From an uncultured bacterium (GTDB lineage: Bacteria; Verrucomicrobiota; Verrucomicrobiia; Limisphaerales; UBA8199), in NCBI GenBank assembly GCA_963749495.1, contig CAVVMW010000027.1, forward strand, positions 1 through 64,000: a stretch of DNA of 64,000 nucleotides, written 5' to 3'. The position numbers and the translations under genes were made by a program. The first letter of the stretch is position 1. Each line of letters opens with the position of its first letter. This document shows, piece after piece, positions 41,961-52,260 of the stretch. The notes below the pieces were generated by a model, which made no database searches, had not been told where the DNA came from, and saw only the letters and a program-made list of their open reading frames with translations.

Positions 41961-42155
41961 CCGAATCAACAGCTATCAGTTGGCCGCAATCGGGGCGAAC
42001 AGAAACCGCGGGGCGTGCTTTTTGCCGCAGATGTGAGGGGGCTGGGAAAATAAACCGCGATTGAATGTCCACGACTCGCGGTTTGCCGGAAGTACTGATA
42101 AGAACTGACCGATGTCAACAGATCCAACGCGTCGGTTCGATGAAATGATACTTCT

Positions 42156-42695
42156 ATGGCAACCCGCATCTTGCCCGCTCCGGCGGACTCAAAGGCGCTA
42201 ATACTGGCGCTGCTCGCCTCAGTGGCGGCAGCCTTGGCAACCCCTGCCGCCGACACACCGCCCTTGCAGGATCATTTCCAGTCTGAGGCCATTTACCATG
42301 AAACCCTGATGACCCCGGGCGAGTTGCAGCATCAGAAAACGCGGCTGCTCCTTCGGATCAGAGAACAGAGCCCGGCTGGAGCGGATCCGGTGCATAGCGG
42401 TCCGACCGAGAGGTTGATCGCCGATTGGCTGAAGGTAGCCGATTGGCTGAAGAATGGGGAGGATCACTGGAGCGGCCGCAAGAAGGAAGAGATTGCGTAC
42501 AAAATTCTGGCTACTGAGCGGGTGGCGTTTAGGATTCTGGCCTCCGCAGGAATGGACCGTGACCTGGCTGCACGCCCGTTCGTACCCAACTCCTCGAAGG
42601 TCGAGCCCATTGCACAACAGATTCTCTCAGCAGAGGATGCTGAAGCCAGTGGGCAACTAAGAAGAACCAAAGACAACCCTGCGGCGGTGGTATGA
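42156..42695 (+). CDS. Hypothetical secreted protein
   Basis: Signal peptide (ALILALLASVAAALA), 179 aa. Confidence 0.55.
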   Translation: MATRILPAPADSKALILALLASVAAALATPAADTPPLQDHFQSEAIYHETLMTPGELQHQKTRLLLRIREQSPAGADPVHSGPTERLIADWLKVADWLKNGEDHWSGRKKEEIAYKILATERVAFRILASAGMDRDLAARPFVPNSSKVEPIAQQILSAEDAEASGQLRRTKDNPAAVV

Positions 42696-42749
42696 ACAAT
42701 TGGGCATGGCTGCTTCCTTGTTGGGTTTGGAAAAATGGGTAACGTCCTC

Positions 42750-42930
42750 ATAATTTTCGATGCCGGTCGCATCCGCGCCAACGTCAAGGTCCAAGACGCG
42801 CGGCAGGAGCAGGCGCTGGCGAGTTACGAGAAAACCGCGTTGGCTTCCTTCGAGGACGTGGAGAACGCACTCGTGGGATACGCCAAGGAACAGGTGCGCC
42901 GTCGTTCGCTGGAGGAATCCATGTCTGATT
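42750..42930 (+). pseudogene. Internal fragment of outer-membrane efflux factor (NodT/OprM type)
   Basis: IFDAGRIRANVKVQDARQEQALASYEKTALASFEDVENAL. Confidence 0.7.
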
Positions 42931-43384
42931 ATGCACAAAGGCAGCAGAGCAACTGATAACGCCATGAGGATCGTTTTTCAGAGTGAACCTGCGCCGGCAG
43001 CGAAGCGATTTCTTCTCCGCCAGGAAACGGACTATAGCTTTGCTGCTCCTCCGGTCGGCCTGCGGCGAGGTTTTGCCTTGGCCGCGTCTCGCCCGGTCAA
43101 GGTTCCCTGGCTTGCCCTTGGCCAGAGGACATGGGTCCTAAAGGGACTGCGCAAGAAGCTGGCTCATATCGCGTCAGCCTTTTGGGAAGCGCGCGCATTC
43201 CCTCGCGTGCAACGCTCGGCCCCTACAGGGCATTTGGCGCATCCACAGAGCCAGCTGGCGCTACTCTCGGCCAGTCGCATGAGGGCGCGCTTCCCTACAT
43301 ACTCAGCCCGCTGGAAAAGCGGGATTTTCAATACACAAACGCCAACCGTACATCCCCGTTGAGTGGGAACACAACTGCACTTTC

Positions 43385-43942
43385 ATGAGCACCCTGCGAA
43401 TTCTGGTTGCCGATCACCACGAAGTAGTCCGGCAAGCGCTCCGTTCGATCCTGGAGGAGCAATCGGGTTGGGAAATCTGCGGGGAGGCTACCGGCGGGCA
43501 GGGGGCGATTGCAAAGGCGAAGGAGGTTCAGCCGGACGTTGTCGTACTGGACTTCCGCATGCCCGACTTGAATGGACCGGAGGCGACCCGCCGCATTCGA
43601 CGCGCGCTCCCCGCGGCCGAGGTGCTGGTTCGCGTGAGGATGCACGATTCTGAACGGTTGGCGCGGGCGCTTCTGATGGCAGGGGCGCGAGGATTCATCC
43701 TGAAGGCCGACCCAGGAAACGCCCTGGTCGAGGCGGTGAGGAAGCTCAGTCAGCACCAGCGTTTTTTCACCCCGAAGGTCCCCAAGCCGATGCTCAACGA
43801 CTGTCTGGAGAACAGGAGTGCGGGTGGTGAAGCCAACTCCGAGCCATTGACAGCGCGCCAGCACCCGGAAAAACATATTAGAGTTGGTTTTCATATTCGC
43901 TATTTCCCGTCCGTGCCGACGCTTATTCAGCCAGCGCAATAA
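43385..43942 (+). pseudogene. NarL-family response regulator lacking its HTH
   Basis: LRILVADHHEVVR, DVVVLDFRMP, GARGFILK; breaks off after EPLTARQ. Confidence 0.75.
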
Positions 43943-46900
43943 CAATATTCCCGCTATAGGTCTCACCCTGCTTAATTGGTTCTTCCTTCCCGTCAATCTT
44001 CATAACTACCTTAGCTCCGTTGGCTCCCTCAATGGTACCATTGTCAACAACGAGTTTGCTGATTAAGCTTTCTCCGATGACCTTCCATACGCCGCCGTCT
44101 TTAAGGCTGACGGAAATGGTGCTACTGCCGTTTCTGTAGTTCCTGTTTGCCACATGCCCGAGACAGTAGTACTCGTTAATTGTGAAACGGGTATTCTGCT
44201 TCCCGGTTTCATCGACATGCCTGGTTTCTGTCAAAGAAATCCCCCCGTTAAGCGTTGCTCCCTTTCGGATGGAGACCTCTAGCGCCTTTCCGCTCTGAGT
44301 ATAGTAGCCGGAGCCGTTGAATACGTTGCCTTTATAGTTGCCGTTTAACAGTGCCAGTTTAACAACGCTGCTGCCGCCGGGGCCGCCGGGACCGCCGGGG
44401 CCGCCGGCACCACCAGGAGGACCACCAGGACCACCAGGACCACCGGGAGGACCATCAGGACCGCCGCCACCAGGACCATCAGGACCACGGGGAGCTCCAC
44501 CTGCCTGTTCACCAGGCATTCCGCCCTGCTGTCCACGGGGCGAGGAACCGGCTTTGGTGACATTGCCGCTTTCAGAGGGCCAGCCCGGTGCTTCATTAAA
44601 CTCGGTCTTGAATCCATCCCTGCTTCCGCCAACCGTGCGGTCGTCATTGTCGATCATCTGTAGTATGGTGCCGGATGCGGAACTCAGCACCGCGCTGTCG
44701 ACCACAAAGCTCACACCGCCCGCCTTAGCCAGGAATATAGCCTCCTCGCTGTTGACCACCGTTCCGTCCAGGACATTGACGGTACCTTGGCCGTGCGACA
44801 TGAAGCCGAAGACAGAATTGATGGTGGTCGGCTTGCCTTTTCCGGTAACAGTCTCGATGACCTTGCCCTCGGCATCTTTGAGGTCAATCCTTCCGTTGGA
44901 GGACTTATAAGTACCCTCGCCGCCGGTATAGATTCCAGCATAGGTCAAGCCGTTGAAGGTCGCGCCGTAAAAGTTCTGCTGAGCGTTGCCTGTGAGATAG
45001 GTGCCGTAGCCTGAGCCGTATTTACTGCTGTAGGAGTACTTGCCGGAGCTCATGCCGCCTTTGAGAGGCCGGCAGGATCTGCAGTGTGGTGTCCACCACA
45101 TTCATCACAGGACTGGTGCCCTCATCCGTGGACAGGACCGCCCAGGCGCCGGAAGTAACTGTTGAGTTTATGACCGTCAGGGTGGACTTGTTGCCTATCA
45201 TGTTGGCCGCACGTACCCCGCCCTGGATGCCCAGCACCCATGGGGGCGAGAGCATGATATTCTGATTCGCGCTGTTGACATATCCTTTCCAGGCTTGGGT
45301 CAGGGGGTTGGCTCCCATGGTTGTGATGGTTGAATCCTCAACGAGGATCTGGGCGTAGTTATCGGAGATCAATGCCGCGCGCAGGAAGCCCTTGGTGTCG
45401 ATCTTCATGGAATGCACCTTCACCTTGGCGTGATCGGAGGCGACGATCTGGACGCCGAGTCCTGAAAAGTCAGAGGCGTTCTTGCCGTCGCCGTTATCAG
45501 AGGCGGATATAGTACCGGTCAGGGTGAGATCGGTCCCCTTTCCGGTTGCGATCACCGTGTCAAACCCTTCACCTTTGGCTACGATATCGAGGTCGAGATT
45601 GGATACGGGCCCGTCTTTATCAACCAGCAGGGAGTATTCTTCAATGATAGCGCCGTCTCTGACATAGTAGCCGACGCTGAATTTGTCATTCCCGCGGCGT
45701 GTGTAATGGGTTGCAGTGCCTTCGAAGGTGGTGGCTGCATCAATGGTCCTTCCTTTAGCAGTTACAGTACTTGTCCCCTCCGTGCCGCCGCCGTCATCGG
45801 TCCGGAATGGAATGGCGGGCAAACCAGCGCCGTTGAAGAGCGTCGCTTTGGGGTTGGCTTGCCAGGCGTAGCGCGCGGCGACTGGGTTGGGCACTTCGGA
45901 TGACGATACCACCACGGTCTCGCCTACAATCCTGGCATCAGCCCAATGCCATTTGCGGTCTTCGCCGCAAACAGAGAATTCTTCCAGCTTGTCGCCGTTA
46001 ACGACCAGACCACCGTCCGTGTGAGTGAAGGAGATTTTCAGCGCCCCGGGGACCTTCTCCACGGAAGCAAAGCGCGGACCGGAATAGGGGATGTTCTTGC
46101 CGTAATGCCTGGCGAGGGCCACCAGCGCGAGGCGCTCGCCCACTTCCTTTTTGTCTTTTGGATGGACGTCCCTCGCGTCGCCGACATCGATGGCCACCGC
46201 CAATCCCGAGTTCGTCACCGTGTTCGCGACGAAATCCTGCGCTGCGCGCAGCTCCGCCCATGAATCATCGCCGGGGGCGTCCTTGTGTTGCTTGTGAGGC
46301 GCGAGGCTTACGATATAGAACGGAAGATCTCCTTGGCCGAAAGCTCTCCGCCAGTCGGCAATCATGGCGGCCAAAAGCTTGCGATATTCGGCAGCACGTT
46401 CGGTGTTAGATTCGCCCTGGTACCAGATCGCGCCGCTGATGGCCAAGGGCGCGACGGGAGCAATCATGCCGTTGTAGAGAACGGCGGGCGTGTTCGGCCC
46501 GCTTCCAGTGTCACTAATCCCGAGCGATCGGAGCGTCTCGGCCCTCGTCCATGCTTCCGCCGGCGTGCCTCCACCGCAATCTTCCACCAGCCCGATAGGG
46601 ACATCAACCTCTTGCTGCAAACGGCGCCCAAAGAAGTAAGCCACCGCTGAGAAGCCGCTCCATCCCTCGCCCACATTTTGTGGTGAGCACATCTTCCATG
46701 AGCCTTGCGGAATCGCCGCTGGCTTGCGAGCAGTCTGCTGCTTCACGACGAACAATCGGATTCTCGGCTGGTCCGCCGCTTTGACTTCCTCGCTCCCGTT
46801 TCGGGCCTTGCCCAGCCCCATCTCCATGTTGGACTGCCCGCCGCACAACCACACATCTCCCACCAGCACTTCGTGGAATTCGACGTGTTGGGGCCCGTCG

Positions 46901-47697
46901 ATGATAACAGTGTATGGACCACCCGGCGCGGGAGGCTGGATCACAACTGACCAACGACCATCGTCCTTAGTCACCGTCTTTACCGTGTTCTCCGCGATTC
47001 TGACGCGGATTTCCTCCCCTGGCTTGGCCCACCCCCAAATGGTGTTGGGTTTTCCGCGCTGGAGAACCATGTTGTCGCCGAATATCGGGCTGACAAACGA
47101 CGTTTCAAAGCCGCCCTCGACGGCTGGCGGGCGGTTGCCGTCCGGACCCCCGGGGCCGTTGCCCGGACCGCCCGGAGCGCCGGGTCCGCCGCGGGGAAAA
47201 CCGGGGCCGCCAAACCCGCCTGGTCCGCCTCGGCCGCCCATATTCATAACCATCATGAGCGCCGGAGTCGGGAGGCTGAGCTTGTTCGGCGAGGCTTGGA
47301 GTTTGGCGAACGCCTCGGCACGCGCCAGGGCTCGAGCCAATTCAGCGGCGGCTAGTTTTTCAGCTTTCGCCTTAACGTCCCCCGCGTCGGATTTCTCGGT
47401 GTAGATGGCTGCATTCAGGGCGTTTCGGGCTTCCGTGACCGCCTGGTCCAGCGGAGCGTTGGCCTGGTTCATGGCGCGAATTGCGGCTTGCTGCTCCTGC
47501 GTTAACTGCGGCATGCCAGGCATGCCCGGCATACCCTGACCACCGCCAGGAGGGCCGCCGCGCGCTCCTGGACCTTGAGTTTGCTGTGCCTCTGGACTGC
47601 GACCCCCCGGACCATCCACCGGCTGGCCCCCAGAGGGCCAGGTCCAGGTCAAAGCCAAAATCATCGCCGCAAATGAGACTGCATGGTTCGTGATCAT
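43923..47697 (-). CDS. Secreted fusion: Spy/CpxP-like helical domain + Gly-Pro linker + sialate O-acetylesterase (SASA) + beta-helix; frameshift ~45.07 kb
   Basis: QLTQEQQAA..AELARA; FGDNMVLQR, GDVWLCGGQSNM, WYQGESN, DVHPKDK; continues in ORF 43923-45101; GGAGG RBS. Confidence 0.8.
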
Positions 47698-47763
47698 AAT
47701 GACCTCCAAAAGTGCCTCGATTCGCCAGTGAGCGTTACCTGCCCGGTATTGGGCGATGGCCTT

Positions 47764-49605
47764 TCATTCCGGCGAAAGCGTGCCGCCGTCAGCCAGTTTC
47801 CAGGTTTTTCCGCCGAGCCATTGATTCGCGGCCAGATCCGCTTTGTAACGGACGGTGTTGCCGTTGCCATGGATGTTGGTAATGCTATCGCCGGAAACGC
47901 AGTCCGCGTCCGCCAGGCTAGTAAGCGTGGAATCGGCCGTGACTTTCCATTCGCTGGTGGCGTCCAGGGCGAGCGCGGCATTGCGCACTGCGCCGGTGAG
48001 CACGGAATGATTCTTCAAATCCACTTTAGCGGAACTGACCTTGTCCACGGTAATATCGCCCGCCAGCTTCTGGTTATCGCCCGTCAATTCGACGTGGCCG
48101 CCGTTGGAACCGGTGCGGCCCCAGCGCGACGCGGCGGCGTTGACCAGCACGCCGGAGGCGGCGGACAGCTTCACGTCCTTCAGATGAATCATGCCTCGCG
48201 TGTTGTTAACAAAGAACAGCGGTCCTTGCGCAGCGGAAAGTGAGCCGCCGTCCATGCTAAAAGCTCCTTCCTGGCCTTCGGCGTCGCCGGAAAAACTTTG
48301 GTAAACCATCACACCGCATTTCAATGCGCCGGACATTTCGCAATTCTTCAGAGCAATCGAATTACGGCCTTCAATCACGGCGCCCTCGGAACCAGTCGCA
48401 ATGAAAGTGGCGTTTTCTGCCCGGATGTCGCCGGTGGAATAAATGCCCGGCGAGTCCTGGCCATGGGAGGTGATTCTGCCGCCGGAAACCCAAATCGTCC
48501 CGCCGCCACGGTCCGTGGCGACCACGCCGCCGTGAATGCGCTCAGTGGTCATGTCGACGTTCGTGATGGCGAGCGAGCCGCCGCCGCTGGCCATCACGCC
48601 ATGGCCGCCTTCTCCCGTTGCGGTTATGGAACCGCCATTCATCGAAGCGAACGCGCCAGCACCGTAAGCGAACAGGCCATTGGCGCCCCCGCCGGTGGTG
48701 CTGATGCTGCCGCCGTAAATAGCAATGCGGCTGTTTTTGGTCACGAGCACGCCGGCGTTCTGGCCAAGGAAACTGCTGTTCTCCTGTGACGAGGTGTTGC
48801 CGGTTGTCGTGACGGTCACGTTGGACAAGACCAGATTGCCGCCATTGAGCACATAAACGCCGGACACATCGGTGCCGTCCGAAGAAAAAGTCTTGTCCGC
48901 AACTGTTTGCGTGGTGCCGTCCACGGTGAATGCGCCGCTCAACTTGGCCGCCGAGCGGGAACCGCCGCCAGGACCGCCGGGGCCGCCGCCAGGACCGCCG
49001 GGGCCACCGCCGCCGGGCGGCATGTCAGGCGGACCACCTCCGTCGTCGGGGGGCGGTCCACCGAATGCCCCATCGGGTGGCGGACCTGGGGGCGGGTCGC
49101 CGAACCCACCCGGACCCCCGCCGAAACCGCCCGGACCACCAAATCTCCTGCCCGAACCTCCGAGCAACATGACGATTTGCTGCGTAGGCAGGTTTAGCTT
49201 ATTTGGCGATGCCTGGAGCTTGGCGAAGCCTTCCGCTCGCGCCTGGGCGAGTGCCAGTTCCGCGGCCGCTAATTTTTCAGCCTTCGCTTTAATGTCCGCC
49301 GTATCGGATTTGTCGGTGTAGATCGCTGCGTTCAGGGCGTTGCGCGCTTCGTTGACGGCCTGAGCCAGCGGCGCATTGGCCTTGTTGAAGGCCTGGACGG
49401 CTGCCTGCTGTTCCTGCGTAAGCTGTGGCATACCGCCCATGCCGGGACCGCCGCCTGGAGGACCACCAGGGCCACCACCGCCTTGCTCCGGGCTTTGGGC
49501 TTCCTGGGCCTCGGACCCGGGACGGCGCTCCAATTGTCCCCACGACGACCATGTCCAAGTCAGGACCAACATCACTGCTATTATCGAGAATTTGTTCTTC
49601 GTCAT
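47764..49605 (-). CDS. Secreted Spy/CpxP-like helical domain + Gly-Pro linker + beta-helix protein
   Basis: GGAGG RBS, signal peptide, QLTQEQQAA domain, GGP repeats, ENSSFLGQNAGVL, ATDRGGG, SPGIYSTG, VMVYQSFSGD. Confidence 0.8.
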   Translation of the reverse strand: MTKNKFSIIAVMLVLTWTWSSWGQLERRPGSEAQEAQSPEQGGGGPGGPPGGGPGMGGMPQLTQEQQAAVQAFNKANAPLAQAVNEARNALNAAIYTDKSDTADIKAKAEKLAAAELALAQARAEGFAKLQASPNKLNLPTQQIVMLLGGSGRRFGGPGGFGGGPGGFGDPPPGPPPDGAFGGPPPDDGGGPPDMPPGGGGPGGPGGGPGGPGGGSRSAAKLSGAFTVDGTTQTVADKTFSSDGTDVSGVYVLNGGNLVLSNVTVTTTGNTSSQENSSFLGQNAGVLVTKNSRIAIYGGSISTTGGGANGLFAYGAGAFASMNGGSITATGEGGHGVMASGGGSLAITNVDMTTERIHGGVVATDRGGGTIWVSGGRITSHGQDSPGIYSTGDIRAENATFIATGSEGAVIEGRNSIALKNCEMSGALKCGVMVYQSFSGDAEGQEGAFSMDGGSLSAAQGPLFFVNNTRGMIHLKDVKLSAASGVLVNAAASRWGRTGSNGGHVELTGDNQKLAGDITVDKVSSAKVDLKNHSVLTGAVRNAALALDATSEWKVTADSTLTSLADADCVSGDSITNIHGNGNTVRYKADLAANQWLGGKTWKLADGGTLSPE

Positions 49606-49768
49606 AACACTGGCCTCCAAAGGTTCACCTGCTCTCGCTCCGGCCATTCCTGCCCGTCAGACTGCGACACCGTTCAACTCCCGGCTCTGGCGAAACCTGG
49701 GCTTCACGTAATCGTCGGCTTTCTCGGTGGCCGGAAACGAGTTCAGTTAGTAGTTCTTTCATGCCCTC

Positions 49769-49814
49769 ACCTTAAGTCAGGCCGCCGCTCAAAGTCATGT
49801 TAAGGAGTGTTAAG
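49769..49814 (-). promoter_or_regulatory. Candidate OmpR-family box CTTAACA-N3-CTTAACA upstream of a TAAGGT -10
   Basis: Perfect 7-bp direct repeat with 10-bp period at 49798-49814; -10-like hexamer 49774-49769. Confidence 0.6.
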
Positions 49815-49828
49815 AAACGGCCGGCTCC

Positions 49829-49858
49829 TTGACCCCGGCGCGCGAAACCGGCTATGAT
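49829..49858 (+). promoter_or_regulatory. Sigma70-like promoter of the kinase/regulator operon
   Basis: TTGACC-N18-TATGAT, 27 bp before ATG 49886. Confidence 0.6.
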
Positions 49859-49885
49859 TCTCCGTGCAGTGAACGCCGGCCAGTC

Positions 49886-51562
49886 ATGAACGCCCGCTCG
49901 CAACAACCCTTCATCGAATGGGGGTTGGTCATCTTCCTCCTTGTCCTCTGCGGGATTCTCACGGTCTTGCAGTACCATTGGACGGGCGAGGTCAGTCGCG
50001 CGGAAGTGACCCGTCTGCGCGGCGCGCTCAGCGAACAGGCGCAGTCGTTCGTCCGCGACTTCGACTCCGAACTGGCCCAAAGCTGCCGCGCGCTTCTGCC
50101 GGGTCTCTCGGAACTCAACACGCAAGGCCGCGAAGCCGCGCACGTCGCGCGCCTGCGGGAATGGAAGTCCGCCAGCCCGCGCCCGCTCTTCACCCGCGTC
50201 GCCATCGTCGTGCCCACGCGAGATGGTCTCGAACTCCACGCGCTTGATCTCCAGGCGGAGAAGTTCGTGCCCATGGAATGGCCCTCGCACTGGGCCGCGC
50301 TGAAAGACAACCTCGACCGCAAGCGCCAGACGCCCGGCGGCGCGGGACCGTTCGTAGATCCCAGCGGGGCACTGTTGGAGTTCCCTGTGTTCGGCGGCGG
50401 AGCGGGCATCAGCGAGTGGCTCGTCCTCGAACTTGATCTCGACTACGTGCGCAACATCTGGCTGCCGGAGTTGGTGCGGACGTACTTCGGCGACAAATCG
50501 CTCTACGACGTGGAGGTGAAGACTGTGGCAGCCCCGGCGACGGTGCTGTATTCCTCGCGCCCCAATGCGGCGGAGAACGGCGAAGGACCCTATTCAATCA
50601 GGTTTCATCGCCAGGGCAAGACTGGGGAGAGTCCGCGCCAGCGTCCGCCTGACGCTCCGGCCGGGCCCGATGGCCGCGCAGCGCCGGAGTGGAACCTGTG
50701 GGTCCTCAAAGCCCGTCCGCGGCCCGGCGCGCTGGAAGCAGTGGTGTCCGCGTCGCGCCGACGCAACTTTGCTGTGGCGGCGCTGGTGAACGGGTTGATC
50801 CTCGCGGCGGGAGTCGCGCTTGTGGTCCACACTCGGCGTTCGCGGCAGCTTGCCGAGGCGCAGATGAATTTTGTTGCCAACGTTTCGCACGAGCTGCGCA
50901 CGCCGCTCACGGTCATTCGCGGCGCTGCCCACAACATTAAACGCGGCGTCGTTCAGGAGCGCGCCCAGCTTGAGCAATACTCCGGCCTGATCATCCAGCA
51001 CACTGAGCAGCTCACGGAGATGATCGAGCAACTCCTCGAACTCGCCGGCGCGCGAAAGAACCAGGCTGCGCTCACGCGGAACCCCGTCGAACTCACGGAA
51101 GTGTTGCAGGACGCCATCGCCGCCACCAAACGCGACGCGGAAATCGCTGGCTGCGCTATAGAACTCTCCCTTCCCACGTCGTTGCCGGAGGTGTCCGGCG
51201 ATGCGGCGGCACTGCGGCGCGTGTTTCAAAACCTGCTCACCAACGCCGCGCGCCACGGCGGGACGGGTGGCTGGATCGGGGTTACCGCGACGGCCGCGAA
51301 TGGAGCTGAGCCGATGCTCGAAGTGCGCGTGGCGGATCGCGGGCCGGGAATCCCTGAGAACGAACAGAGGGAAATCTTCAAACCTTTCGTGCGCGGCACG
51401 GCGGCGCAGGAAAAACAAATCCGCGGCAGCGGGCTGGGCTTGAGCCTGGTGAAGGAAATTGTCGAGGCTCATGGCGGTGTCGTCTTTGTTCGCAGCCAGC
51501 CCGGGCAAGGCGCTACCTTCACCGTGCGGCTGCCCGCAAACACAACCACAAAGCCAACATGA
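49886..51562 (+). CDS. Sensor histidine kinase (HisKA + HATPase)
   Basis: Two TM segments, FVANVSHELRTPL, NLLTNA, DRGPGI, GSGLGL. Confidence 0.93.
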   Translation: MNARSQQPFIEWGLVIFLLVLCGILTVLQYHWTGEVSRAEVTRLRGALSEQAQSFVRDFDSELAQSCRALLPGLSELNTQGREAAHVARLREWKSASPRPLFTRVAIVVPTRDGLELHALDLQAEKFVPMEWPSHWAALKDNLDRKRQTPGGAGPFVDPSGALLEFPVFGGGAGISEWLVLELDLDYVRNIWLPELVRTYFGDKSLYDVEVKTVAAPATVLYSSRPNAAENGEGPYSIRFHRQGKTGESPRQRPPDAPAGPDGRAAPEWNLWVLKARPRPGALEAVVSASRRRNFAVAALVNGLILAAGVALVVHTRRSRQLAEAQMNFVANVSHELRTPLTVIRGAAHNIKRGVVQERAQLEQYSGLIIQHTEQLTEMIEQLLELAGARKNQAALTRNPVELTEVLQDAIAATKRDAEIAGCAIELSLPTSLPEVSGDAAALRRVFQNLLTNAARHGGTGGWIGVTATAANGAEPMLEVRVADRGPGIPENEQREIFKPFVRGTAAQEKQIRGSGLGLSLVKEIVEAHGGVVFVRSQPGQGATFTVRLPANTTTKPT

Positions 51563-52245
51563 AATCCCGCATCCTCCTGGTTGAAGACGAAGCTGGCGTG
51601 GCTTTGGTCGTGTCTGACCTGCTGCGCGCCGAAGGCCATTCAGTCGAGACCGCGTCCGATGGCAAGAGCGGCCTGCGCCAGGCGATGGAGGCGAAGTTCG
51701 ACCTCCTCATTCTAGACGTGATGCTGCCGGGACTGAACGGCTATGACCTTTGCCATGCCATCCGCGAGCGCGGCTTCGATGGCGCGATTCTCATGCTCAC
51801 CGCCAAGGGCCAGATTCCGGACCGCGTCCACGGGCTGCGGACGGGTGCGGACGATTACCTCGTCAAACCGTTCGATCCAGACGAACTGCTGGCCCGGGTG
51901 GAAGCGCTGCTGCGGCGTGTTCACAAGGAACAATTGACTCCGGTGCTCCACTTCCAATTTGGTAACGTGACGGCGGACTTCGATAGAATGGTGTTTACCA
52001 AAGGCGGCCTGCCTATCAGCCTTGCCGCCAAGGAAGCGGAACTACTGCGGTTGCTCATCAACCATCGGGGCCAGGTGTTGACCCGCGAGCAGATTCTCCA
52101 TCAAGTTTGGAGCGAACAACCGTTCATCACCGAGCGCACCGTGGATGTCCATATCGCTTGGTTGCGGCAAAAACTGGAGGAGAAACCTCAGTCCCCCAAG
52201 CATATACTGACAGCGCGCGGTGAGGGGTATCGCTTCCAGCGTTGA
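51559..52245 (+). CDS. OmpR/PhoB-family response regulator
   Basis: ILLVEDE, LDVMLP, GADDYLVKPF, RTVDVHIAWLRQKLE, RGEGYRF. Confidence 0.95.
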   Translation: MKSRILLVEDEAGVALVVSDLLRAEGHSVETASDGKSGLRQAMEAKFDLLILDVMLPGLNGYDLCHAIRERGFDGAILMLTAKGQIPDRVHGLRTGADDYLVKPFDPDELLARVEALLRRVHKEQLTPVLHFQFGNVTADFDRMVFTKGGLPISLAAKEAELLRLLINHRGQVLTREQILHQVWSEQPFITERTVDVHIAWLRQKLEEKPQSPKHILTARGEGYRFQR

Positions 52246-52260
52246 AAGGTCCATAGACCA

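Noticed and set aside
44338..44910. Collagen-like (PPG)n ORFs on the plus strand (also 46724-47404, 48872-49321)
   Set aside because: Reverse complement of GGP tracts in the real minus-strand genes
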